From contig OZ365113.1 in the NCBI GenBank assembly GCA_977030845.1, positions 19,716,001 to 19,780,000 on the forward strand: a stretch of 64,000 nt of DNA, written 5' to 3'. Source of the stretch: Fimbriosthenelais zetlandica. Its lineage: Eukaryota. This document shows, piece after piece, positions 13,737 through 25,999 of this stretch. The stretch's first letter is position 1. Each line of letters begins with the position of its first letter. The notes below the pieces were generated by a model. That model saw nothing but the letters and a program-made list of their open reading frames with translations, did not search any database and had not been told where the DNA came from. The translations under genes and the position numbers were made by a program.

Positions 13737-14829
13737 CTGGAAATATAAAATAAATAAATTAGGGAATAAATTGTCATAAATGTCTACAGCACAATGGTGG
13801 CACTATCCACTGTTAACAGAGAATTTAGTATATTTGTATTTGTATAATGAATAAATAACAAAATGCATTAATATTTAGCATCCATTACCCACATTAAATT
13901 ACAGTATACTAACGTCTAATACTCTTATTAAATACTTTATCGTCTATTTATACCCTGAATAAATGACAAAATGCAATATGCTGTATATCTAGTACCCACA
14001 TTAAATTTCAGACTACCGTGTAAATGATTGTAGTCTTTATCGCCTATTGCCCTGATTAAATTAATTTGTGAACTCACTTGTGAACATATCTATAATACAC
14101 GTTATTTATTAATGCTAATGCTAATGCTCATATCAAGATTTTAAAACTGGAATTAGCATGATTACATTATACAAATAGTTATCGTCTATTGCCCTGATTA
14201 AATTAACGTAGCTTTATTTTATTTTATTTTTTTATTTTCCAATTGTTTAATATTTTAAAACAGGAATCAATTTCCACCTGTAGGACCTGTAGGTATTTAA
14301 TCAGTAAGCTGTATCTGAGATGAACTGTCCTAACCTAGACTATCTAAGTGATGTGGGGCTGTTGGATGAGATCTAGTGCCATGCGAGCAGCTCGCGGGAG
14401 AAGGCCTCGATGGTAACCAGCCCCCGAGTAGAAACATGTGTTAGGTGGCACTCTGCTCGTGCGAAATGGAAACCACGTGGAGTGAAGGCAGACACACATA
14501 TACTTATGATTTATACTTCTGTTTGCAATGAGAGGAATCTCAACCCCAGATTTACATCCTACTCAGATATATGAGATAATATATGAAAGTTGAGAGGCAT
14601 TGGTTACAGGTCTGTTGATTGTGATGAGCTCAAAGTTGGGGAACCCCACACCAGATGTCCCCACCATGAGTGTGATATGAGAAGTGTAAGTGGGAGAGGT
14701 GACTTTCTACAGATGATAAAATTATTAACAAACATTATACTGGTGGCAATGAACCCCGGGTTTATGGTTTCAGTCTGGCGCGTCTGTCTGAAATTAACTC
14801 AACGAGTTTTTTCCGTGATACCATAGATC

Positions 14830-16493
14830 ACATACTGTGCTATTCCAAGGGTAATAAAAAGTAAATGGATATGTTCCTATACTATCAAGGGGAGGTCCAG
14901 GATTCACTCTGAAAAATATAACCCTCGAGTGACATGCTAAAACGCCAAGAGCATCAGAGATATTTCAGATAATTTTACACCCTCTAGGTAAGCATTTCTG
15001 TTCGGCAGCCGTCATAACATCAGAGTAGATTTACTGATTTATACGCGAGGAAAAACTTCAGATAATATTCTAAATATAATCCGTATGTGACTTACACATG
15101 TGTATGAGGCTAAAGAGAGAGTTTAGTTGCCTTCAGTTTCCTTCAGATGAACTTAATATGTAGTGACAGGCATGTACCACCCATACTATAAGAACAACTA
15201 ATGCAAAGGTCAGGTGCATTGCAAAATACATGACAAGTTTGTCGGCCATATAAGCAAACTCAAATAAAATGCCAACGACTTGTGAAATACGGGCCTTTGA
15301 TGAATAAATAACAGCAGATATTAACAAAAATATTGCCAATATTCTCTTAACAAGAAATCCATTATACGGGAAAGTCTACTCCTTAGAGTTCAGCTTTATG
15401 TAAAAGTTTAATATTGAAATTCGAGGAGAAAATTATGATCTTCCATGCTGGCTAAAATAACTGAAGGTCCATGGAAGTGGCAGTGCCTATTTATTCATTC
15501 TCCTTCCTCCATTCCAGGCCATCATGGAGGTGTATCATGAACGTTCTATATATAATACGGATCTGACATGATAAGGATCCCTTATTAGTGGACCAAGGAT
15601 GAGTATTATCTCAGGGCTGCAATTGCCATCAGAATAGTCCCTAGCATAAATGGATTCGTGCCAATGGATCACATGGTATGACCTCTCTGGGGATATAACA
15701 TGCAGTGCATCATATATCCATCATGCCAGCCGCTGTCAATGCTGGCACACATAATGATCTGTATTAATTATCTACCTCAATCCTCGCCTGTAACTGAGAA
15801 CTGCCAATTCACACCCACATGACCCACATCCTCGCCACCTGCTCCTCAGATCCAGGACGTCCTTTTGAAATGATGCAATGAGACACTTTGTCAGATAATC
15901 ATAAAGAGAATCACCGTGAATCAGCAGATCAAAGATCGCAAAAAGATTGCCACGATAAAATGTGACACCAGTACAGTCAAATCCCATCATCATCATCGTG
16001 ATAAGTATATTAATCAAAGATATCTAAATTACCAAGGGACGTGATCTAGATTGAGTGACGTAAAACACTTTACACGTTCCATAATTATCAATTTCTAACT
16101 ATATAGGCACCGAGTCGAAAAATTGTACAAGCGAAATATTGCAATTTTAAATAGGTGCATCATATACTTGAGGTCCTGAATATGTGCCAGTCTGCAGCGA
16201 TAAGACATGTGCATCATATATGTTGAGGAACCCACCGAAAACTGTCAATCAAATCACACTAATACTGTGTAATTTATACATTCAGCATATTTTCTTTGAC
16301 TGTGTTCCAGGCAGAAAAAGATAATTTGATTTCTCGCTCGCTCCACAATGCAGCTGTTGGAGTGGATGACATGCAGAAATACCACCAGCTGTTTGGTTCC
16401 TGTCCAGGTCCCAATGTAATGATAAAACATGTTATCATTGGAGACGGGAAGAGAAGGGTAAAAAATACGAGCTCAGACCACTGTCGGATTTGA
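14830..16493 (+). pseudogene. Decayed ORF(s) of unknown function at the left end of the element
   Basis: Protein-like plus-strand frames interrupted by isolated stops, e.g. TCEIRAFDE*ITADINKNIANILLTRNPLYGKVYSLEF and the 16296-16493 ORF. No family recognised. Confidence 0.4.
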
Positions 16494-17269
16494 TGAGAAA
16501 AAAAACCACAAAGCCCTAAACATAAAACACAAAAATAACATCATACACCTCACTAGATTTATTGACGAGCTGACGGCGGGGCGTCATGATGTGGATATGA
16601 AATCTGGTTTATGTTTTCTACTGTTGATAATTCCTTGGTGTGATTCTGGCCACGCAGCTTGTTTATGACAACAGCGGGGGACCTCAAAAATTGTTAGAAA
16701 AGATCTCCCAGATCCGGAGATATGCTTGTGGTACAGTCACTATATGAGAGACATATGGGATGAAGACCACAAGCTGTGATGCTGATATCCTTTACATTTA
16801 CGCAACTGTATGAGACATAATGTACTTTGAGCTATTTACATTCCATAATTAAAGGAATTTTGGTTATATAAATAAGTTTGTAAAAAAGAATAAAGTACTT
16901 CAAATGTTAGATACCAAGTTGGAATACAGGATATCTGTAACAAATCACATGACTGTAGATAATACATACGGCTGTGGGTTCATTTAGCAAACAAGTATTG
17001 AGATTGTACCATAAGTTCCCGAAGTGATACAGCATCGAATTGAAGAGGGAATTAACTTCCCTGACCCACATCTGAATGAATGCATACCAATGAGTGAGGA
17101 CGGAGCACACAGAGGCCCAGTCCCATCAGTCTACTCTAAATGTCTAATGTCTCCGGGGAGCGGAGACTGTCCTTAAGTTAGGTTTAAGAAGGCCTGATCA
17201 CGCCCCTTTGTGATTGACTCTACACGTCCCAGTCTCTGTCCTCATTAGAAGCTGATGAGTATCTATTGG

Positions 17270-17540
17270 CCTGGTGATGGAGGGCAGGGGGATACAAAGG
17301 TTGAGGAGGGGGTGGAGGGGCGTGGGGAATAACCATGAGGAAGAGAGGAAAGAAGTAGGAAGGCCACAGGGGGAAGAGCAGGAGCTTGAGAAAGGGCAAA
17401 AGGAGCAATGGAAAAAAGAAGAGTTGAAGGAAGAGAGAACCAGAGGAAGGGATAAATATATAGATGGGTAGAGGAAGCGATGAGGTAGTGTAGGCAGAGT
17501 AAAGTATGATGGAGGAGTAGACTGATATTGGGAAGGAGTG
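17270..17540 (+). repeat. Purine-rich low-complexity tract
   Basis: G/A-dominated on plus. The plus frame is Glu/Lys/Arg/Gly-rich and the minus frames are Pro/Ser/Leu-rich. Confidence 0.65.
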
Positions 17541-17737
17541 ACATGAGGGACTTATGTAGTGAAGATACCACTTGTATTTATAGTCTACCGTAGTGATCAA
17601 TCAACTTTCCTGACTGGGAAAAGAAGATAAAAGAAAAGGGAGGCTATACCTGTGTGTCAAATCACGAAACACCAGGCTTTATTTTTAGAATATTTTGACG
17701 GGCAGCAATATCCTGAGATTAGACTGCCTCGTTAGGT

Positions 17738-17785
17738 CCGCCCCAAATGTATGACTTCACGTGACATCTCAGTGACAAAATGGCG
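17738..17785 (+). promoter_or_regulatory. Promoter-like cassette: GC box, TCACGTGAC E-box and AAAATGGCG start/YY1-type motif
   Basis: CCGCCCC 17738-17744, TCACGTGAC 17757-17765, ATG at 17780 opening MAPVLIDLMILKGMKNHLDNIRRTKRLFVNWG. Confidence 0.4.
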
Positions 17786-20700
17786 CCAGTGCTTATAGAT
17801 TTAATGATACTCAAGGGCATGAAAAATCACTTAGACAATATAAGAAGGACAAAAAGACTGTTTGTCAATTGGGGGCGACAGGGAGAAACTATTTTGTTGT
17901 GTTTCAGCGCATGATTGGATAACTAGACAATAAAATAGAGACCACTGCGATAATTTTTTCTGTGAATGGTTACATCAACATTGAGAAATGGATCACACCT
18001 TCTGATGATGAATACATTGAGACAGGTGTATGTTAGCAGACCAGTGGTGAGTGCAACTAATTGGAAACAAATATACATGTGCCATCAATAGTTTAGATAC
18101 AGGTGTATAGGATACTGACACTCGTCATGTGCAGAGAGCTGAAGGGTAATAAAGCCCATGAGAGACAACGATATTGAAAATGTATAAATGGAAAAACGGT
18201 GTAATCGTGTTAATAACAGATTTACATAAACATTGAGAGATATAAAGGAATGCCGTGGATATGGCACAACATTCAGAACACCGGATAAAAAACTTTTTCT
18301 CATCGATTGATTAAAAAATATAAATCATCTCGGGAGACGATGAGGGTATAGGTGCGACACAGCAGATTTCAAAGTACAGAGAAGTCCAAAAATATCTGTG
18401 CATTTCGAATAACGAATGGACTTACCCGCAGTACATAGCACGACTGTTGCAGGTGTTAAAGAGTAGAAATGAAATTGGCTTAAAATGTATATATAAATAT
18501 GTCAATAACCAAGAATAACGAGTCTTTGAATAACTAATTGATAGTCAATGTCCTGTAATCTCTCTAAAACCCCTTCATTTTTTGAGAATAAAAGGCAGGT
18601 GCAATTTTAGTAAGTATTAAATACTTGATGGAATATTAGAATGTATAACATATAATTTGTGGCCTAAGTGATAGCAGCGTGATATTTGTTCCATAGAAAA
18701 TTAAAATAAGTTCCATTGAAATTGTGAGAATTTAATAACTCAAGAATTGATAAGAAGTCACAGTCAATTCTGAAATAGTGGTTCTATAATTAAAATTCAT
18801 TTCAAGAGAGAAATGTAAATGTCAGTCAGAAAAGTCAACGATGACTTCCTATTCCTTTTCTCCTTTCTTGTACAAACTATTCTAGCGAATATCATATCAA
18901 TATATCAAAGGTATTGCTCGTATATACCCAATGTATTGGCGATACGGCAAAGAACGGAAGCCCCGACACCTAAGAGCCTTTGATGTGATTATGAGCAGTG
19001 AAAGGAAAGGTTAGGGTAGAATTATCAGCAGACAGACTACAAGGCACTATCACCTATTATCCCTATCTTGAGCCATTAATGATGTTGAACCATAAAGAGA
19101 AACCATATATTCTATCTTATATCCTGAGTAGGGATCTGGGGATCTTTCCAGGAAAGCATTATTAGTGCATTATTTTGGATAAATTGCGTACAGCTATTGC
19201 CAAAATTAATGAAACCCCCACCCCCACCAACCCTGGAGCTACGGTTTCCTTCCCTGAAAATCGTAGCCGTATTTGAACAGAGAAATGCCTCAAAGAACCA
19301 TTTCCTCCCAGGACTTCTTTTTCATCTGTTCCTCTTCCTCCAAAACACAAGGCTGCTCAGAGGCAAGTGCACCCCGTGATTTTACACTGAGGACATTCCT
19401 CGCTCTGTGTTTCTTCCCAGTGGCAGACACGACATGAGTCCCTACTTAAGACTGGCTGAAAAGCCTGATTGACCAGTTCTAACGGAGGTCTAAACAACCG
19501 CCATCAGAGGTCGCTAAGCCCTCCAGGCGTATGTAAGCGATCACATCGATGATCAAAGGCTCAGAGAAAATGGATGATCTATGTTACCTAGTACATGACA
19601 CTGGAGGAGAAATAAAAAGAAAATATCTCATCATAGCAGACTACCTGCATCACATACATTACAGTCGGTGCACAGATGGAACAGGAACTAGATCAGGGTA
19701 GTAAATCAAAATATACATACTCTCATTGGAGTGAGCCATCAAATTATATTTGAATTTTATACTCTTTAATATATGAGGCAATATACAATGTGTTGTCACT
19801 ATAAATATCCAGAGGATTAATATTATTTGGACAAAGCAGACCCTATGAGAATCAAAACACTAATAAACCATCCTGATCACATGCCTATAATATACTCTTG
19901 CCATGAGTCAAACAAACTCCTGAAAACTCCAGATATAAAGAGTGATGAATTTAAGTTGAGACAGGACTTCTCTTTTCCTAGTTCACCCTCATTGCCCTCT
20001 AAATTGCCCTAGGCAAATTGCATGGCTATGGTGTTGACTTCCATTTGATAATATCAGAGACCTGGGATATATTCTGTAGACATTTGGAGGCTTGATTGCA
20101 GGCTTCAGAAGAGGGCCAACCTCTAGCCCTGACAAATGGCAACTAAACTACTGCCTTGGCTGACAAGTGCGACCATGTACAACATTGGACAAAGTAGACC
20201 TGGCGCAATTTGCATGCAGGACCAGGCCAAGCCATTTCCATTGCTGCAATGTGTGCTACACAGGAACGTGGTGGGGAGGCCTACTCGCCAGGCTAAGGCC
20301 ATATATGCCATTGAAACAAAGGGGAAATAGCCAGGAATTGGCCATTTGGGGGAAGAGTATGAAAAGTGATATTTTCTATGAAGGTATTTATAAGCACGGC
20401 AGGCACGAGTGACAGAGCTGGGCAAAGCATTTTTCCTCTTCCACAGACCATATGAACAGACAAACCATATTTCCACACAGGAAATGGAAACCTGCCGATA
20501 TATCATTCATTAATTCATAAAGCGTTCTGGACAAGACTGTGTTGGCTATATGCATTAGCTTTCTCATGAAAGGCACTTCATTGAACCCAGAGAAAGAGTA
20601 GGTTAAGAGTGACCTCCAGCTTGCCCATTGGTCAATATTCGACCAATCATCATGATGGATCATCGGCTGTGCTTAGTGACCTCAAGGTCTTTAGTAGACG

Positions 20701-21235
20701 GAGAAAGGTGGAGACGACTTTTAGACCCTCAGGGTCGCCAAGGAAGGGCGGAAATGACCAGTCCCAATCCCCGCACAAATTAAACTAGTCGCCATCCTTC
20801 TTAAACACTGAACAAAAGTTGAGACAGTGGCAAAGAAAAAAACGGAAGTAATGAGTCTCAGATGGGATAAAAGACTGTGTCGTAAATCCTTTCAAGCCCT
20901 TATATCTCAGTCAGTGTAATATACATCATGTCATATGAAGGGGCCAGGAATATCAGTCTAATTATCCCACATGAAAGATCTATTCACGATGGAGATAAAA
21001 CCTGGCCGTTATCTCTAGTCGGCCGCAGCGTTCGATCCCCATCTCCCTAAGTGGGAGTCTGAATGGCTTCAATTTACAGCTACCTAGCTTCTATGGAGCC
21101 GTTTGAAAGAGGCACAATGGCATCACGGTGTCGATTACAGCAATATAGACCGGGGGCTCATCAAAGACCAGGCCACGTGATAATCTTGTGTCATGAAAGT
21201 ATGATGAACTTGACATTGACAGGCAATAATCTCAG

Positions 21236-21724
21236 TCAATCGATCACTCGGGCAGACATGCTAAAACCAACCCAGTTCCACCGCCTCTGATCCCACATGA
21301 ATAATGTATAGATTTTATATAGAAACAGTCCATTAACATGGCTAGCGATATATCACATAAGACAAGGGCCACACACAGAGTCAGCATTATCCAGTAGTTC
21401 AGGTGATTTCTCTTGTTCGCTGACATTAAGGAGCCCCTCAGCATTAGTAGAACGGGCTTGCTTTAATCGATAACACAAAATGTACCTGTCCGCCACTATC
21501 ATTATTTTTCCTACCAAGACTGGTTTGACATTTCATGCAGCATCCCTAAAGCGCACCAGCACATCTATAAGCGCCCGCCTCAAACACCGCTTAATGTCAG
21601 AATACATTGCGGTGTGAGCCCACATTGGCCCGAGGCTGAAGAACAAGCGTTTCAATAGAAAACTCAACCCAGTCCAATAAACAAACACGGGGCTTCCTGG
21701 CTCATACAGCATGGGAACATGGTT
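21236..21724 (-). pseudogene. Decayed viral-type ORF of unknown function with a CxxC motif
   Basis: 163 codons in one frame with three stops, all TGA; contains SVCGPCLM*YIASHVNG. Probably extends further on both sides. Confidence 0.55.
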
Positions 21725-22898
21725 AGTTTGCCGGGTGATACATGGTAACTGGACAGTGTGAGACTTGCTTGATTGATCAAGCGGAAGATATCCAATTCAA
21801 CGCAGTGATGGGGGATCAGAACTAGTGAATTATCCCTCGGGTGTAGAAAACCCTAACACGATAAGGGCAAAAAAAACACCAACAAAAGTCTGGGCTGGGG
21901 AAATAGTCAACAACTCCCGGGCCGTGGAGGTTTTTACAACCATCACACTCTATTGATTTTGTTTTTAGTAACAGAGTTTGCAGAGGTAACAATCGTTTAC
22001 ACAATAGTCAACAACAGTCAGGTCCATGGAGAAGGGGTATAAGTACACTGAACACATTGACACTTTCCTTATACTACTGACATGGATAGAGATTCATGCC
22101 ACATGGTGCTAGTTGTACTGACCCTAGAGCCTTGCACTTTGAAAAATAATTCCAATATAACCTGACCAGGCTATGTTCACGTGCATGGGAGAGCATGCAT
22201 GACATCAATCAACTGGTTGGTTTGATCAAAAGGCTTAGCGAAATAAGACCTGAAGAGAAGGGATACATTCACAGATCAAGCAGTGGATCCTTCAGTAAGT
22301 GGGAACACCTGGGGCATGGGGCGTCAGCCTGGAGAGGTACAGTAGGACGGGGTGACTTCAATTACAATCCTCCCTCAACATGACCCCGAATAACCTACAC
22401 CTACACCCCGGACAGACGTGAAGCTAAAGGAGCCAGTACTCTATGTTAGGGGGGCAAAGTAAAGCAAACCTATGTGCGTGAAGTGACAGGTACTTTTCCC
22501 CCTTGTGGATGTTTACTCGAGTCGGAGCCGGGGCAGAGAGCAGGGGGTGAATGTGGATAATCTTGTAAGTGAGCTATATTGGTACGCTTTAAACAGACAT
22601 GATCAATAGAGACTACACCGCTCAAAAGGCTTTCTCCCGTGGTCCACTATTGGAGTTTCCATCTCATCAGCAAACTTCAAATTGTGTGTTTTGATCAGTG
22701 AAACTTTAAACTCCTCTGGCATTTTCCTTGAGGGCATGGGCAGAATTTCGTGGGAGGATAAGAGGTTATCAAGAAATTACATGTTTGGTCCAGCTGTATT
22801 GAAATCTGATAGACAGAGGTGACTTCCTTCCAACATAATGTTCCTTATTATCTGTCACTTGAAGTCCAAGTTGAAGTGATTGGCTTGTTCAGATTGGC

Positions 22899-22924
22899 GG
22901 GTGGGTGGGTGGGTGGGTGGGGGG
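22899..22924 (+). repeat. (GGGT)5G6 tract, G-quadruplex-capable
   Basis: Read directly from the sequence. Confidence 0.8.
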
Positions 22925-25900
22925 CATCTTGGGCTTTCCTTGGCCCTGTAAGCCAGGTGGACCATGATAAGAGTTAGTCCCTGGGGGAGATCGATACCAA
23001 TAAGATATAGGCTTCCAAGCTAAGCAGATCTAATCATGCCCAGAGGAGGTCCCATGTATCTCCTTACATGGGAGCCTATGAGAAGATATGACATCCGATA
23101 ATAATGTATCTAGATTTGCTGCAGTTACCAAAGCCATCACTTCAGGAAATTTCTTTGGCTTGACAATGAAGCAGCAATCCGAGACTTGGGGAGTCTTAAG
23201 ACCAGATCCAGGCCGGTTGTAGCTGGAGTGCTATGCATCTAAAGCTTAGTGGGGATAATTGGATCAACTTGACAGACCATATAGAGAGATTCATGGATAG
23301 AACAACGTATAAAGTTAGCATGCAATGTCCTTACCACTACCCTTTTCTCTCCCAGAAAACAAACTTGCATGGTATACACACCTGAAAAGGTAAAAAAGAA
23401 ACACCTCTCAGAGATTGATACTATAATATAGAGCAACAATTTTCATAGTATACCGTACATAATTGAGTAGAAAGGGTAACCAAAATGTCTAGTATAATTT
23501 CATTGGAGAGTTATCTCCAGGCAATTGCAGACAAGCGATACACAATTCTAGACAATACAAAAGGATGCCAATTAGTGTTTCTCGCCAGAAGGTCAATTTT
23601 CCTCCGGTCAATAACGCATTCAGAGAATAGTTTGAATTCGATAATATAGAATAACTGTTAACATCCACTGCCTCAAGGAGTCAAGGTTTAATTACGCTTT
23701 CAGATAGTTCGTACAATTTTCCAGGATTAGCTGAATGACATCCAATTCAGTTGGCACATTTTTTCTTGGCTGTTTAAGCTAATCGCAGTGGGCGAGAAAA
23801 AGGTCCATTCACTGCCACTGGGGGATTCAGTTGCTAGTCAACTGGCGTTCAGACGTGGCTTCGTTCCCATGGCTACCTGATCTGCCATGTTCATCTAACT
23901 GCAGTGTCTGGGAGAAGGGCAAGCAGGGATGACAATGTTTAGTGTTCTTCCTGAATCCAATTATCTTCTACATTCCTCCAATATTTTTCCCTCTCACAGA
24001 GGTGAAGGGATTATAGAACATATGCCCCACGTATGTCCCTTCGCTAGTATGTCTCCGAATTTCCTCGAAATTTTTCTAATAGCATCAAAGATTATAATTA
24101 GAGGACAACACTCCCCACATGTATGAACATATGACTTCATTGAAATAATTATACAATATTTGAAGATAGATCAGTGGGTGTGTTGAGCTGCATGGACAAA
24201 TCTCTTCACTGCCTTTTTGTCTCTTCTATTCACTGTCCGTGAGTGGTTGGCTTTTCTTTCAGCCGCAAAAAGGTTTAGCAGGGTTCCATTGCAGGGAATG
24301 GCAATTTACCTTGAGGGACAGGCATGTTCAATAGTTCAAGTAGAAGGCAGCAAAAAACCACGTTGGGAGGAAGACGTTAAAGTGGGTGCCAGCAGTCCAA
24401 GAGGATCAGATGCATGTGATGTGAGAGGGGAGATCAGAACGAAGGTGAAGAGTAGAGACGTAAAGGAAGGAGCAATAACACCTTCAGTAGAAGTGATCTA
24501 AGATTTCATACAAAAGGTCACAATTGCACACTCCCTCAGGTATTCACCATCTGCAAAATGATTCTTCCATTAACATTCAACTAATGGTTCAAATGCCATG
24601 GAGGGCCGGCGTTTTTAATCAACGAACCAACACAAAAGGAATGGAAGCTCCCTCAGCAAGGAAGGTATTAATTAGAACCCATTGAAAAGGCAGCGTTTTT
24701 TCACCGGACACGTGACAATTGAAGAATTATTATAAAGACACACTATTTATAGTGTGGAAAGGTCATATAATGACGCCCACACCTGGGCAATGGCAACACT
24801 TTCCTTTTGTAAATGCAGCTCATCATTTACACCTTTTCTAAAAGGACAGGAAATGGCAGACAGATGGTGAAGTGAAGCTGGTAATTCAAATTACAAGACC
24901 ATTGGTCAGTCCCATCTATTCACTCATAAACCGTGGACACGACAGAGCCCACATATAATAAACAGAAACTGATGTCTCCAGGCAAGGTCGCTGAGAAAAC
25001 GTTAAAGGTTATTCTACCATGGTAGATGCAACTACTCAGCCTACAACTAAGTCAAGGCTTTTCTACCTAGACAGCCATCGTCAGCAGGAATATTATTGCA
25101 TGGGATCATGTCACTCTGCATTCAGACTGACTTGTAAGAGATTGTATAGGCATCATCCAGATAGGCGCAGCTGCCGTCCTCATACTTAAGCACAGCAATA
25201 TATATGTCCATTAAGCTAATGCCAGCTCTGAATTAGAGAAGGAATCATTTGGGGACAAATTAGAATCGTTTGCCACATCTTTGGTAAGGGGGTGGAACTT
25301 GGAAGTGACTTTCAAGTCAGAATGAATCGACTTTAAGTACATGGGTCCTCTATGTCATGAGGAGGGAAGGAAGGAAGCATGCACGCGGGGCTTTCATGAA
25401 GCTATAGGTGGCGTGACAAGAGTCGGTTTTTACCACCTCCATCACCGGAGATCGTGACCGAGAACCTGAACAGAGGACAGCGAGCCTCATATAGAGGGCC
25501 ATCCTGCACCGATTAGTCTAACATGGCCAAAACGAGAAAGAGACTGGTATATTCTCTGAGGGAGGCCATGGGCCGAAATCTCCTTTTTCAATGTCAATCA
25601 TCTATGATCTAGCTATTGATATGGAACACGCTGCTCTGAGTGTCACTTTCACAGAATTATTGCTGGGGCAGATGGTAGGAGTGCCGGGTGGCATGCCGGA
25701 GATACTAATGAGGATCCTTTAGCCTATCCTCAATACGTTCTGCAGGATCGCAAATGTATCATATCAGCTTCAAAATCCCCAACAAGTCTCAGCAGTGCAA
25801 GTCATTTATAGAAGAACCAAAGGCCCAAAGACACTGCAAGTTTGACCTCTCTGGTGGAGGCTAATTGCATGTTTACCTCATCATCACTTTTTGATGTCCC

Positions 25901-25999
25901 CTGAACTTTCAACTGTTTTGATTGCTAACTTTGGCCTTTGGTAAAGCCCTATTATTGCGACCTAACTATCTGAATTCCTTTGGTGGTCGTGAGTGATTA

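Noticed and set aside
14036-14206. tattgccctgattaaat occurring twice here and again near 39979
   Set aside because: Short AT-rich match. A local intronic duplication plus a likely chance hit; it does not define an element end.
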